Assembly (NCBI GenBank): GCA_043228905.1
Contig: JBHGNT010000013.1
Span: forward strand, 12,090,001 to 12,154,000
Direction of reading: 5' to 3'
Source: Azolla caroliniana
Taxonomy: Eukaryota > Plantae > Polypodiophyta
Length of the DNA: 64,000 bases
In this document: positions 41,065 through 54,400 of the stretch, one piece after another
Layout of the letters: each line of letters begins with the position of its first letter
Numbering within the stretch: position 1 is the first letter of the stretch
The notes under the pieces: model-generated
Database searches by the model: none
What the model saw: the letters and a program-made list of their open reading frames with translations, nothing else
Told to the model about the DNA's origin: nothing
Translations under genes and position numbers: made by a program

Positions 41065-41588
41065 TAGCAATGGGCATGGTTCTGTTCAGTTTCAAGGCAA
41101 AGAAATCAAACCAAACCGTTTATATAAAACAAAAACCAAACCAAACCATTTATGAATTCTTAAGTATTTAAACCAAACCATTTAAACCCAAACCGTTTAG
41201 GGAAAAGTTTAACTATTTAATAAAAAAGTTAAACCTAACCATTTAAGTCAAACTAATTGAACATTTAAATAAACAAAAATACATTAAATTAAATAAGCAT
41301 TTAAGTTAAATTTATTAAATGAATAAAAGAAACTTTAATTTAACCATTAAATTAATTAAATCAATAAAAAACAATTAAATTAATAAACTATTGAGGTAAA
41401 AAGAACAGTTAACCAAAAACCTTTAAGCCTTTAAACCAAACCTATAAACCCAAGTTTAGAACCGAAACCAAACCATTTATCAAAAATCTAAACCAAACCA
41501 AACCATTAAATTTTTTGGGAACCAATAAACCGTTAAACCATGGCTTAACGGTTCAATTCGGTTTGAGCCGAAACTGTGCCCATTGTTA
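41065..41588. mobile_element. hAT-like MITE with an 8-bp TSD ATAGTGAT
   Basis: The TIR is TAGCAATGGGCA / TGCCCATTGTTA. ATAGTGAT is at 41057-41064 and 41589-41596, and there are many AAACC subterminal repeats. Confidence 0.9.
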
Positions 41589-41985
41589 ATAGTGATTTTG
41601 TTTGGAGTCTGTGGGCTCCTAGTTTTTCCCATTCAGGGTTTTTCCACGTTAAAATCTATGTGTCTTTGTTTTGTGTTCATCTTTTCTTGCTATTTTTCAT
41701 TTCCACTTGTTTGTCGGTTGTGGCCGGCACTATATATACAACAAACTGGTATCAGAGCTTGGTTCATAACCTCCCCAAAGCGGCAGGAAGATGGATGAGT
41801 CCCTTGGAGGGATGTTGAAGTTGACCAACTCAAACTATTTAGTTTGGAAGTCGAAGATGAGGGATATGCTGGTGTGTAAAGACTCGTGGTTACTAAAACA
41901 ATATGGCAAAGACAAACCTGACAAGATTGATGCATTGACTTGGGAAGTCATGCATCTGAAGACACAAACATACATAAGATGTTTT

Positions 41986-42689
41986 TGTTGTGAATGAGGC
42001 CTCCCACAACCAGTTCACAAGGACAAATGAGAGAAGACAATAGCCAAAACAACAACAAAAAACAAATAGACAAGGCACATACAACGAGACAAGATGTTAT
42101 CGTGGAAGGCCCAGAAAGGGAAAAACCATGGGAACCCACAAACTCCAAACAGAATCACTATATGAAGAGAGTACAAGAAACTCTACTTAGGCAACACCCT
42201 TGAGCTTGACTTCATCTTACAAACGGCTACAACACTCACACACTTATCAACTTTGTACATACATATATTTACCCACTGATATTCTCAATACTTTTTATTA
42301 TCACTTTTTTCCCTAGATATATTTATACCCATATACATATATGACTATTTACAAATAAAGCCCACAATAGGCACATTAAGATTATTTACAAATATAGCCC
42401 CAAGTTAGCTTTGGCCGATTTGGCTATTAGCCGAGTCGGTTATCAATCGATTGTCGGCCTCGACCGAATTAGTAATTAGTCGATTTTCGGCCTCAACTGA
42501 GTTTGCTATTGATTGATTCGACTTATCTTTCCCTAGTCAATGCTTAGTTGGCTCCTGATGGTCTGACTCCTTGCACAATATTCGAATTCCGATTCGGACA
42601 AGCCGGCTATCATCCAGCTCTTTAGTCGATCATCTTCAGGCCGACCTAGCTAGCTCTCCATCCCATTCGAAGGGACTGGATTCTCAATA
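41986..42689 (-). mobile_element. Copia solo LTR with TSD GTTTT
   Basis: GTTTT is at 41981-41985 and 42690-42694. Its reverse complement resembles the LTR starting at 40622, and gag resumes after it. Confidence 0.8.
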
Positions 42690-42980
42690 GTTTTATAGAT
42701 ATGAGTCTATACAACAACTTCACTGAAGAGACAAAAGTTGATGTCCTTTGGAAGAAGATAGGGAGTGTGATCGAGACCAAGAATGCCCTAAATAGGGTCT
42801 TCGTCTTCAGGAAGATAGTTAGGCTAAGATATTAGGATGGGTCAAGCTTGGCTGAGCACCTGAATGCCTTCCAATGACTCATAAATCAAACCACCTCTTA
42901 GAAGTACTTCTAGCTGATGAGGTGCTAGCATTGTTGTTGCTAGGATCCCTTCTGGTCAGTGTTGACCTTGGGTAATTCGG

Positions 42981-43361
42981 TGTTGAGAACTAAGGCCGTT
43001 AGTGCTGAAAACATCAACACCACCTTAAGATGACGATCACTAAGTGCACAAGTGAAGGCAAGATCAAGGAACAATATGAGAGAGAGAGAGACACACACAC
43101 ACACACACACAATGTAACACTTTATTCAGAATCGTTAGAATACAATGGAGGCAACAACTCTCTAACAATAACAACAACCTTACAAACTAGGTTACAACGC
43201 CCATTATATACTAATTGGGCTAGGGCAACTGCCCTTTGGCATATTTACAGAATTTTCCTATATATAGTTTGTTCAAGGGGACAATGTGAATACGGCCATT
43301 ATATACCCATATTCGACACTCCCCTGTAATGGGCGTATACAACAAGAAACTATAAAAAGAA
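42981..43361 (-). mobile_element. 3' LTR (42981-43318) and PPT of a minus-strand LTR retrotransposon
   Basis: TGTTGAG...TTCGACA is followed by CTCCCCT (PPT complement). It is homologous to the LTR pieces at 4221 and 45172. Confidence 0.7.
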
Positions 43362-45171
43362 TGTTGAGAAGCAAACTCAACTTCTTGTGTGTGGGAACAC
43401 ACTTTAGGATACTCAAGTGTGTGAACATCACACCTCCTTGTATAATAACTAGTGTGTCATAGAAGTTAATGTTCTATGACACATATTCCTTAGGTAGTTA
43501 AGACACGACCTCTTTCCCAAGAGGCGGTACTAGTAAGAGAACTTAGAGAGAAGGAGACTACATAAGCACCTCCTCCTTCTCTTTGTAAGAGTTGGCTATT
43601 CTTGTTTTCCTTGTGAATATAGTTTTCTATTTTTCGGCAATCGCGAGCTCTCTCTCCACACACACCATTCTTCCGCTGCACAGAATCATCATTGATTCTC
43701 TACATGGTATCAAAGTGCATGGTAGCTTGATCGAAGGCCATCACTTTTGCGTGTGTTGTGTCCGATTTTGTGTTCGGATAGAACCGGTTGATTGTTGTAG
43801 CAGCAATCTGCACAGTTCACATCAAAGAAGAAGAAGAAGCTCGATCTGAACACATAGATGGGAAGTGCTCTTCCTATTAAAAAGCTTGACAGAAACAACT
43901 TTGCATCTTGGGAGTACAAGATGCACCAATACCTTGTCAGCCAAGGCTATTGGAGTTATGTCGAAGGGGCAAACGAGAATCAACCCAACCCAATACATGC
44001 CAACTACCCAGCTTGGGAGCAAGCGGAGAGTCGTGTGTTGTATTGCCTTGCATCATGCGTCCATGATCACATGCTTGGCTACATCAGGGAGGCCAAAATA
44101 CTGAAGGAGGTGTGGGGGGACCTTGAGAAGATTTTCGTGGCCAACATGACTGCAAGAAAGCTTCAACTTTGTCAAGAGTTGAACGGTATAAAATAGAGGG
44201 ACATGTCAATCAGCAACTACACCTTGAAGATCAAGGAGTTGTGTGATACCCTCGGGTCTATCAATGTTAACATTGACAACGATGAAATGGTGCAGATTTG
44301 TCTCAGAGGCTTAGCACCTCGGTTCAGAGCTATTCGATTGGTAGTCCTCGCGAGGGAGAATCCTCCCTCCTTCTTCGATCTCCTGTCGATATTGTTGGTC
44401 GAGGAGAATCACATTCGAATAAGAAGCAATGCGCAAGAAGGAAAAATGCTCTATTTGAACTTCAATGGAGGAAGAAGACAAGGTCAGGGAAGAAGAGGCT
44501 AATTCGGCCAAGGCCGACACAATCAAGAGCAACCCCAAGAACATAACTTCTATTATTGACAAGACGTGTCAAACGCACGAGGCAGAGTGTCCGGAAGAAG
44601 GGGGAGCAATCAGGCCGGACCCAGCCGCCGACAAAACAATCCCACTCAATGCGGATTGTGGTAAATTCGGCCACTATGAGGCAGAGTGTTAGAAAAAGAA
44701 GAGTGAGCCAACCTCCACAAGCCGACAACTCACAAACTACACCTCCAACTCCGAGTACGACAATTGTGGCAGAATGTTTGTGATGAGGCACAGAGCAAAC
44801 TCCATGACAGCCTCCAACCTGACCAATACTTCCAAACCAGAAGATGTATGGTTTGTCGACTCGGGTGCATCCAACCACATGACATCCCACAAGGATTAGT
44901 TTAAGGAGCTACGAAAGCCCGAACGACCCAATTGTGTGGAAACTGGGGATGACACAATTCACCCCATTCAACATGTCGGCAACGTCCCATTTGGGGAAGA
45001 AAGCAACCAAACCCTCATCAAGAACGTTCTGCATGTTCCTACAATAACAAAGAACTTGGTCTCAATTGGCTAGATAGTCAAACAAGGCATGTAAGTCCGC
45101 TTCAACGATGGAAGATGCTTCATACAAAAAGAAGGCCACTCATTGCTTGCGGTCGGAGAGAAGGTCGAATG
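43362..45171 (+). mobile_element. Ty1/Copia 5' part (LTR 43362-43704, PBS, decayed gag-protease); relative of the element at 57710
   Basis: The PBS TGGTATCAAAG is at 43705. Peptides include LDRNNFASWEYKMHQYL and WFVDSGASNHMT. Confidence 0.85.
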
Positions 45172-45338
45172 TGTTGAATAAAAGCTTCTAATGGATGTAT
45201 TCACACCGTCTCCTTTTGTACACACTAGGCTTAAGCTATTTATGTAAATAGTGAGAAGGGCAATTGCCCCAAGTTAGTCAGTATATAAACTGACTTTGTA
45301 ACCTAGTTAGTGGTGGTTGTGTTTTTTAAGTTGCAATA
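45172..45338 (+). mobile_element. Start of another LTR, interrupted by the next Copia
   Basis: TGTTGAATA... matches 4221-4387. Confidence 0.7.
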
Positions 45339-45514
45339 TGTTGGGAGACAGGTCCCTGAACCGGAAGAGAGACATATCTATAAATTTGTTTCGAGTAAGC
45401 CTATTGAGGCTATATTTGTAAATAACCCTAAGTTCATATAAGTATAAATATGACTTAGGCCAATCATTTAATGTGATTTTGTCATATTGTTGTATGTGCA
45501 TAACTACTATACAG

Positions 45515-45555
<41 letters not shown>

Positions 45556-48133
45556 CTACGAGCACTCTCTGTTGTAACCGTCGTCTGGTGAAGATCACGA
45601 GCACGAGGTCATTGCCTCTATGCCTCCACTTTGTATTTTCTCTCATAAAGTGATAGTTGGAGTCTGTGGGCTCCCATGGTTTTTTCCCTATTAGGGTTTT
45701 CCACATAAACATCCAGTGTCATTTCTATGTACTCTCTCGTTCATTCCTATTTTTGTGATTCAAGACTCGATTGTGGCCGAGCGATATTCCGCACTATTCT
45801 TCACAAATTGGTATCAGAGCGAACAACACAGAAAATGGAAGAATCGTTTGACAACATGTTCAAGCTCACCGGCTCCAACTACTCAGTGTGGAAGTCGAAG
45901 ATGAGGGACATGTTGGTGGTTAAAGATCTTTGGTTGCCGGTTTAGTTCAAGGACAAGAGACCGGATAAGATCGACACCATAGTGTGGGAGGTGATGCACA
46001 TGAAGACGATGACATACATCCGGTGTTTCATCGACATGAGCCTATACAACAACTTCAATGAAGAGAGCAAGGCTCATGAACTCTGGGAGAAGATCGACAT
46101 CATGTTCCAGAACAAGAATGTTGTTAACCGGGTTTCGGTATTCTGGAAGCTAGTGAGGCTCTAGTACCAAAACGACTCCAATATGGCAGAGCACATGAAT
46201 GCCTTCCAGGGGCTGATACATCAAGCAACCTCGTTGGAAGTACCTCTCGCCGATGAGGTACTCGCATTGCCCTTGCTTGGTTCCCTCCCGGATAGCTGGG
46301 AGATGCTAGTTGTCACGTTGGGCAACACCGGGCCGGAAGGAAAACAGTTGTCCCTAGCAAGGGTAAAATCAAGCTTGCTAGATGAAGAAGCTCGCCGGAA
46401 GGACCGGGAGTCCGGAACCGATCCGAAGGCCTTGGTCACGGAAGATGACCACAATCGGGGAAGAGGCTGGTATTAGAGTCCCCAAAACCGGGACAAATCG
46501 AGAACGAGGTCGAAGTCAAGGGGGAGGCCTACTTGCTTCTACTGTGGGAAGCCGGGGCACTTCCAGAAGAACTGTTGGCATTTCCAGAAAGAGAAGGAAA
46601 CTGGCACCACCGATTCGAAGAAGAGTTCGGACCGGAGAGGCCCGGATCGGAAAGGAACGTCGGCGATCACGACAAGTGAAGAAGAACTTATGCTCATTAC
46701 CGAATAGAATGAGTTAAACCTTGTCGGCGACGAAACAACGTGGGTTGTCGATTCCGGAGCGTCGTTCCACCTAACACCGGACCGGAGATGCTTCTCATCC
46801 TACACAATCAATGATCATGGTTGTGTCTGGATGGGGAATGAAGGTACATGCCGAATTATTGGCATAGGAGATGTGTTGTTGAAGGATGTCTGACACGTTC
46901 CGGAGGTTCGACTAAACCTGATATCAACTCGTTGGCTAGATGATGAAGGCTACACGGGTAGCATCCGGAACGGTGTTATGAAGTTCAGCGAGGGAAGCTT
47001 GATAGTGCCTCAAGCCCGAAAGATCAACACACTGTACTTGATGAATGCCCGGATATGCTGGGAAGAAGTGAATGTAGCATCCGATGCTACCGGTGAGCTA
47101 TGGCACAAAAGACTGTGTCACATGAGTGAGAAGAGGATGAAGAGGCTAGCCGAAGACAACCTCATTCCGGTGAAGGACGTGCAACTTGAGAAGTGCATCG
47201 ATTGCTTGGCCGGGAAGCAAAACCGAACCTCCTTCCGGTCAAGACCACCGATGAGATGGAATGCACTACTGGAGCTGGTGCATACCGATGTGTGTCAAGT
47301 GGACACGAAGTCACATGCCGGATCACAGTACTTCGTGACGTTCATAGATGACCACAGCCGGAAGTTGTGGGTCTCAACATTGAAGACGAAGGATCATGTG
47401 ATATCCGTCTTCAAGGAGCTCCACGCGAGAGTGGAAAGAGAAACCGACTGGAAGTTGAAAGCGGTTCGAGCTGATAACGGAAGAGAATATCAAGGGCAGT
47501 TCGAGGAGTACTGTCGGTTGAAGGGAATCCAACTCGAATTTACCGTTCCGAAGACGCCGGAATTGAACGGGTTGGCCAAAAGGATGAACCAGACCATAAT
47601 GGAGAGAGTTCGAAGCATGCTAGCACATGCCAAGTTACCCAAGATGTTTTGGGCTGAGACATTGATGACGGCGACCTATGTGATAAACAGATCACCCTTA
47701 GTACCCTTGGATGGAGACTCACCTCAGAAAGTATGGACCGGTAAGGATGTGGCTTACCGGCATCTGAAGGTGTTCGGATGTCTCGCATATGTGCATGTGG
47801 CGAAGGACAAGAGAGCAAAGCTAGATCCAAAGTCGCGCCCATGCATATTCCTTGGATACGGCGATGATGAGTTTGGTTACCGGGTGTGGGACCTGGTGGA
47901 CAAGAAGGTGTTCCGGAGACAGGACATAGTCTTCATGGAATACATGACCATTGCCGACTGGGAGTCGGAGAAGAAGATGATCAATTTTGGATCATCCAAT
48001 GAAAACCGGCCTGAGGAAACAAGGACCTACCCGGTTGAAAAGCAAATGTTAGCCGGTAACCGGATGACACTCGACGAATTGGCTGGATACGGATAGGAAC
48101 CGCACTGGCCGAAGAAGAAGACACCGGAACCGG
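45339..48133 (+). mobile_element. Ty1/Copia 5' part (LTR 45339-45805, PBS 45809-45820, gag, protease, integrase ORF 46978-48096)
   Basis: It has TGGTATCAGAGC, CFYCGKPGHFQKNC, WVVDSGAS, LWHKRLCHMS, FVTFIDDHSRK and RADNGREY. It is interrupted by the Gypsy at 48134. Confidence 0.9.
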
Positions 48134-51100
48134 TGTCGTGAAGAAAACCGTCCCCAGGCGCAAACCGTGTATAGCGTGTGTGAACCGGCCCTTACACGTG
48201 GGCACGCCCCTTGTTGTATAGTAGATAGGTAGGCACAAAAGTCGAATCCTAGGTAGCAAGATTCTATAGGGAGAATCGAGGAGTATCTCTGTCCGAAAGG
48301 ACAGAGAATTAATGCGATGTAAACGGGTGAAACGGCCTCCCTCCTTGAGCTATAAAAGAGAGGGAGACGGGGAGAGAAGGTATCGCGCGCTAGAGGGGAC
48401 GAAGTTTTGTCGGACTGGGACCGAGCTCTTCTTCTCTGTCGTTCTCCATAGCTTTCTTTTGCGCAGGTTCTCAGGAGGCTGATTCTGCTCCGTGGAACGC
48501 CCGTGTGCTTCCGGCAGAATCTCCATCTTGCTCCCCTGTGTGCATAGGTGGGTGATCAGGCGTCGGCATCCATCTCGCCGACCTGATCGGCTGTAACCGT
48601 TCGAGTCGTCCGCATACATACAAATACATACATATTTTTATATACATACGCTAGTGTTCTCAACTCGTGTCTCCTGTGTTGATTGGGCCGCGTCCCCGTG
48701 CGCTTCTTTGTCTATACGTGTGTGAGCGTCTCTCTCTTTCTCCCTCTTTTCTCACCTATTCCTCAGTCCAAGACCCTAGTGGTCCCGCCTTGTTCTCCAC
48801 ACACGCGCGTAGCAACTCGACATCTTTTGGTGAACCCGACGTGAATAGGCAGCAGAGGAGTAGAAGATGAGGGGGTCGGATCTCGCAGAAGCCATGGCTT
48901 CGGCTGTGGACCGTATAGTGAGTGCGCACGAAGGCACCGGCGCCCTTGATAGGACTATCGAGGCGGTTGTCGGTACGATCGGCCGATTTAGTGGGAAGGA
49001 TGCCACGAGCTACTTGGCGTCCTACCGGGCTGAGATGGTAATGAAGGACATTCCGGAAGAGAGGCACCTAGCCGGATTCCCTCAAGTGGCGATGTCGGGC
49101 ATCCATACGGAGGTGCTCGAGGTACGGGCCGAGAGCCGGACCTGGGAGGAGTTCGAAGGTCGACTCCTCGAAAAATACGGGCTTGAAGATGTGCTTCGAC
49201 TTTCGAAGCGGGACTTCATGGAGTGGGTGGAGACCCCCGACAAAGGAAGGAACGCGTCGGTGCTCCTCTGGGAGTTTGAGGAACGCATCGCGCGCCTCTC
49301 GGTGCTTGACCGGACCATTCTGGACACAAGTCGTGTCCTATTGTTTGTTAAGTCAGTTGACGAGTGGGATCGGGAGCAAGTAGGCCTCCTATTGGAGACT
49401 GATGACGGGCTGACGGCCGACTGGGCCGTGGTGAAGAGGGTTTGTGGCCGTTTCGACAAATGACGGGAATGGGTTGACAAAGGATCGGCAGGGGCGGGCT
49501 CTGTCGCAGCAAGGAAGCTCGAGCCAACACCACCAACGCGAAGGGAAGAGACCCGAGATTGGCTCGAGACCGGATCGGCTTCGACCGGCATGGTCAAGGG
49601 CTCGCCCGGGGAAGCAGCTCTGGAGGAACTGACGCGGATGGTAAAGGATCTCCAGATCGCCCAAGCACGGAGGGACAGTGGCGAACAGGCCCGTGACCGA
49701 CGACCTTTGGCTGGAAACAGGTGCATGTGGTGTGATGCGGTTGGCCACATTTGGAAGGACTGTGGGGACTTCGCCGAGGCGATGAGAAGCAACGTGATGT
49801 ACCTGTGGAACGGTCGGGTGCACGCCAGCTAGACCCAAAGGCCCCTGGACCTGAACGTCGGGCGAGGAGGTATGAAAAGGCTGATGGAGGAGGCGGCGGC
49901 TCGTCACGCGGAGACCGTCCACTACTCGGCGTCAGCTGATATTCGGGTCAGAGGTGGCGAGGCCCTGAAGACGAACAAAGCCGGGTTCTGGCCGACAATG
50001 CTAGAAGGCCTCGCCGGCGCATGACTAAGGAAAGAAGAGGCGGACCGTGCGGAAAAACGGGTTCGGGAGGTAACCGGGTGGAGTGACCCGATGGAAGAAA
50101 AGACGGGCTTCGTCGAAGCCGCTTGTCAAAACTACGAGGCTCTGGTGGAGGACAAGCGGGTAGGAAAAACCGGAGGGGCCGGGCCCTCGCAACGATATGA
50201 AACTCGATTCGGGCAAAGGCGGAATGAGGCCGATGTAACCGGCGCCCAGGATAATCCCAAGAAGGGCGGGTACCGGCTGGGCACAGAAATCGAAAGATCC
50301 ACGGACCTGCGAAAGGTCCTGGAAGAACGAATCCTCGACAGCAAGGTGGAACTATCGCTGAGGGAAGTGCTCGGGATCGCCAAGAAGGAGTTCCACGACT
50401 CCATCGTAGACTTGGTGAAGAGGAAGAGGCTGTCGACGGAGACAGAACCGGAGAAGCCGGTGGAGGTGCGAACGACGCACATAGAGGACATGGCGTTGGA
50501 AGACGTCTTGGCGGAGAGCCACTATTCAAGGCCGCATTGGGCCAGAGCGACCACGGAGACCCCCGTGAAGATCGGAGATGTTCATGAACCGGTGGTGGCG
50601 TTGGTGGACCACGGTTCAGAAATCAATTTGATGTCCATGGACTTCTACAAGAAAGGGAAATGGCCGATCAACACCAAGCACGGGTGGAAAATACGGGCAG
50701 CGACGCGTTGTCGTGAAGATTTTCGTCCATAGGCGGAAAACCGAGCGAAGCAAGCAAACCCGCGATGTGCAACGTTGCACATCACCATGTTGTATTTCTA
50801 TTTATCGATAGTGATAAGTATGGTGCTAGAAATGCACCTTAGGATTTGTAAAGTGTAGAGGTGATGTGCTTTTGCGCGCACATCCACGTGAGAGAGAGAG
50901 ATAGGTACATAGTAGTTCGTGTAGAGGTGGGAGTTAAGACCCATCCTTCCCACCTCCCCTAAAATCAAGGGAAATATCCCCATTGATTGAAAGGGGATAT
51001 TTTGTAGCACCCTTTTATGTAACGGTCTTCCCTCCTTGTGCTATAAAGGGAGAGGAAGAGCACCATTGTGGGGGTTGCCTTATTTTGGAGTGAGAGTAAG

Positions 51101-51393
51101 GTATACCATTTCGTTTAGGGTTCATTAGTTAGGGTTTCTTTTCTTCTTCGTCGGATTAGGGTTTCGGGTTTTTCATAGTCGTTCGGTGCGGCCTACGCGG
51201 CCGCCATTTTGTAATCGGTTTTCGGTTCTAATATAACTTGTTGAGCATTTGGCCTCCATCTTCCTCTTGTTCATTCTTTCTCTTCTTGTGCTAAGCTCCA
51301 TTCCGAAGTCCTATTCCTTCTCCCCTTCTCCTTAGTCCAAGACCCCCGTGGTTCCGCCCTTCTCCACGCACGCGCGTAACAACGCGACATCTT

Positions 51394-51410
51394 TGGTGAA
51401 CCCGACGTGA
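51394..51410 (+). promoter_or_regulatory. Primer-binding site complementary to the tRNA-Trp 3' end
   Basis: TGGTGAACCCGACGTGA is complementary to ...UCACGUCGGGUUCACCA. The same sequence follows the LTR ending at 48822. Confidence 0.85.
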
Positions 51411-51431
51411 AGGGCGGCAAGGGAGAAAGAG

Positions 51432-54400
51432 ATGGAGGAAGGCTTCGACTTCGAGGAGATGATGACAAAGATCTTGACGGACGCCGGACGGAAGAGGGCG
51501 AGGCGAGAGGCGGCTCAACAAGCGGTCGAAAGGGTGGTCCGTCTAGTCGGCCGGTTCGATGGGAAGGAGGTCCCAAAATTTTTGAGAGCCTACGATGCGG
51601 AAATGACGGGGATGGGCGTGGACGAAGCGACGAGGCTAGAGTTCTTTCGTCGAGCGGCGGCCGCATCAAAGTACGAGGAGGTCAAGGAGCTCCAAGAAGC
51701 TCACGAATCGTGGGAGTCCTTTGAAGGGGCTCTAATGGAGGCATACGGGTGCGCGGAATCGGAGGTAAGAGGTCGGCGAGAGTTCGATCGGTGGATGGCG
51801 TCGGCGAGGCGCCATCGGAGCGCAATAGAGGCATTCCGAGAGTTCGAGCGTCGTTTCTCTCAACTCTCGGAGTGGGAACGAAGATCGGTGGGGGCGGACA
51901 AAGTCCTCCTATTTTTGAAGACGGTCCATCATGAGGAGAGGATGGACATCATGATCGAGCTTCAAGACGATTATGGGGCGCATGGTCTCACCGAGGAGTG
52001 GCCCGAAGTAGAACGGGTGTGCCGACAACATGATAAGAGGTGGTCGGCCACAACACGACCCGCGAGCGGGGGAGAAGAGAGAGCTACGACCGACTACGCC
52101 GTGCCGTCGGACGAGAGCTCATCGCGAACCGGTTTGGAGGGGCTCGACCTACAAGCGCTAATACGGGAGGCGTGCGGGCTCGTAACGGCGAAAATCGAAG
52201 CCGAAGAATGGCTTATTGCGGGGTCGGGCCCGAGCGGATCGGAGGACGCGGAGGAAGGAGCTTCCTCACACATGGAGGACGGGGCCTATGCGGAGGCCGA
52301 AAGAGAATGGTACATCGGTACCACGGGAGAGGGTGCGGAGCGAACCGCCCTCTCGACATGGGGAAAAAGAACGGCCATGGACGAGGCCGATATCTACGAA
52401 GCGATGGACGCCACTTCGAGAGTGGGCGGAAGTTTCGGGACGCGGTTGCCCGAAACGTTCTACGAGGATTTCGCGAGCTTACTCGAGGCTTGCGAAATGG
52501 AGGAGGAAGACGAAACGAGCGATGGTGTCGCGACCTTCCACACACCGGCCCTAGAGGCTTCGGCGGTCGGCCCGAGTGCCGGCACGAGACCGAGAGCTAC
52601 GGATGGTGGCGGCGGCAAGGCGGACAACCGAGATGAGGACGAAAACGGCGAAGAAGAGGCGGCGGCAAGCATACTCGATGCTTGCGAAACCAAAGACGGG
52701 GTAGCCACGGACGACGATGTCCGAATGGAGGTGGCTACGGACGAGAGGAGTGGTGGTGTCGCGACCTTCCACACACCGGTCCTAGAGACTCCGGCACCCG
52801 GCCCGAGAGCCGGCGAGAGGCCTAGAGTGACGGACGGTGGCGGCGGCAAGGCGGGCAACCGAAACGACGACGACATGGGAGAGGGTGCGGAGCGAGCAAC
52901 CCTCTCGTCTTGCGGCGAATGGACGGCCAAGGATGAGGCCGGTGACCACAAAGCGGAGAGCGCCACTTCGAAAGTGGGCGGAAGATTCGGGGCACGGCGG
53001 CCCAAAACATCGAGCGGAGGGGAGGCGAGCGGTGGTGCCGCGACCTTCCACACACCGGCCCTAGAGGCTTCGGCGGTCGGCCCGAGTGCCGGCACGAGAC
53101 CTAGAACGACGGGCGGTGGCGGCGGCAAGGCGGGCAAACAAAATGATGCGGAGAACGGCGAAGAAGAGGTGGTGGCAAGCATACTAGAGGCTTACGGAAT
53201 CGGAGATGGGGGAGCCGCGGACAACGACGTCCGAACGAAAGCGGCTACGGAGACAACAAGCGGCGGTACCGGGTCCTTACCCACACCAATCCTAGAGGCT
53301 CCAATGGCCGGCCCGAGTGCCGGCATGAGGCTTAGTGCGACGGGAGATGACGACGGCAAGGCGGGCAACGGATACGAGAAGGAAGATCGGAGCGGACGGA
53401 GGCAAGACCCCTTGACACCGGAGCCGGAGACTTCGGCGGTTGTGCTCGGATGCCAACGTGAGACCGGAGAGATGGGCGGTGACCGTGAGGAGGTGAGGCC
53501 CGGAGAGAGCGCATACGAAGACGAGTATGCGGGGCCCGGAATGGGCGTATACGGTGGGTCCGACGGAGAGGACCGGAGCGGAAACGAGGAGAGAGTCGGG
53601 AACCGACCCGACCGGAATACGGCACGGAAGAAGAAGAGAGTAAGGGCCGGCGAACCGGGCCCAAACCGAAGGAAGCCGGCAAGACCGATTGTACGGTTAC
53701 GGTTACGGTTACGATGGGAGCCGGTAAGCGCGAGATGGAGGCTAACCGGGCACGACGACCATGGTTCGGGGGAAAAACGGAGACAAACGAGACCCTCCAT
53801 ACCCACTCTAGAGACTACGGCGGTTGCGGATCAACATAAGACCGGAGAAACGGCGGGTGGCGGCGAGGAGTCGGAGGCCGGAGCGTACGAGGTTACCGGA
53901 ACGGATATCCGGTACGAGATGGTGGACGGGTGGGTCCAAGACGGCGAGCCCGTGTCGGAACGGGCTACGGCGACAAAGGAGGAGAAGACCGACACGGAGG
54001 TCGGGTCTACGGCGGGAGAGCGAGACGAGATGCATGCAATACGGCCGAGGGAGGGCCAAGACACAAGCATGCCTACGAAGGAGCCACATCGAGCGACCGA
54101 AGATGACGGTCGGATCACGCCTTCGAGAGGCGAATACGAGGAAGAAGGCGGCGACGACGAGACCTGGCACGATGCTAGGGAAGATTGGTGGGAAAAGGTG
54201 GCCTACGGAGAGGCTAAGACCGGCGGCCACGAAGATAAGGCCCGAGAGGGATCCTCCACACCGGCTATAGAGACTCCGGCGGTCGGCGCGAGTGCCGACG
54301 TGAGACCAAGAGTGGCGGACGGTGGCGGCGAGGGGACGAAGGCCACAACGGATGAAGGCACCGAGAGAGGCATACGGGAGGTCGCGGGGAACGAAGACGT

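Larger units (their letters stand above)
40622..42980 (+). mobile_element. Ty1/Copia 5' part (LTR 40622-41743, PBS 41747-41758, decayed gag), truncated by a nested insertion
   Basis: TGTTGG...ACAACA is followed by TGGTATCAGAGC. Gag reads MDESLGGMLKLTNSNYLVWKSKMRDML...YIRCF|IDMSLYNNF. Confidence 0.8.
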
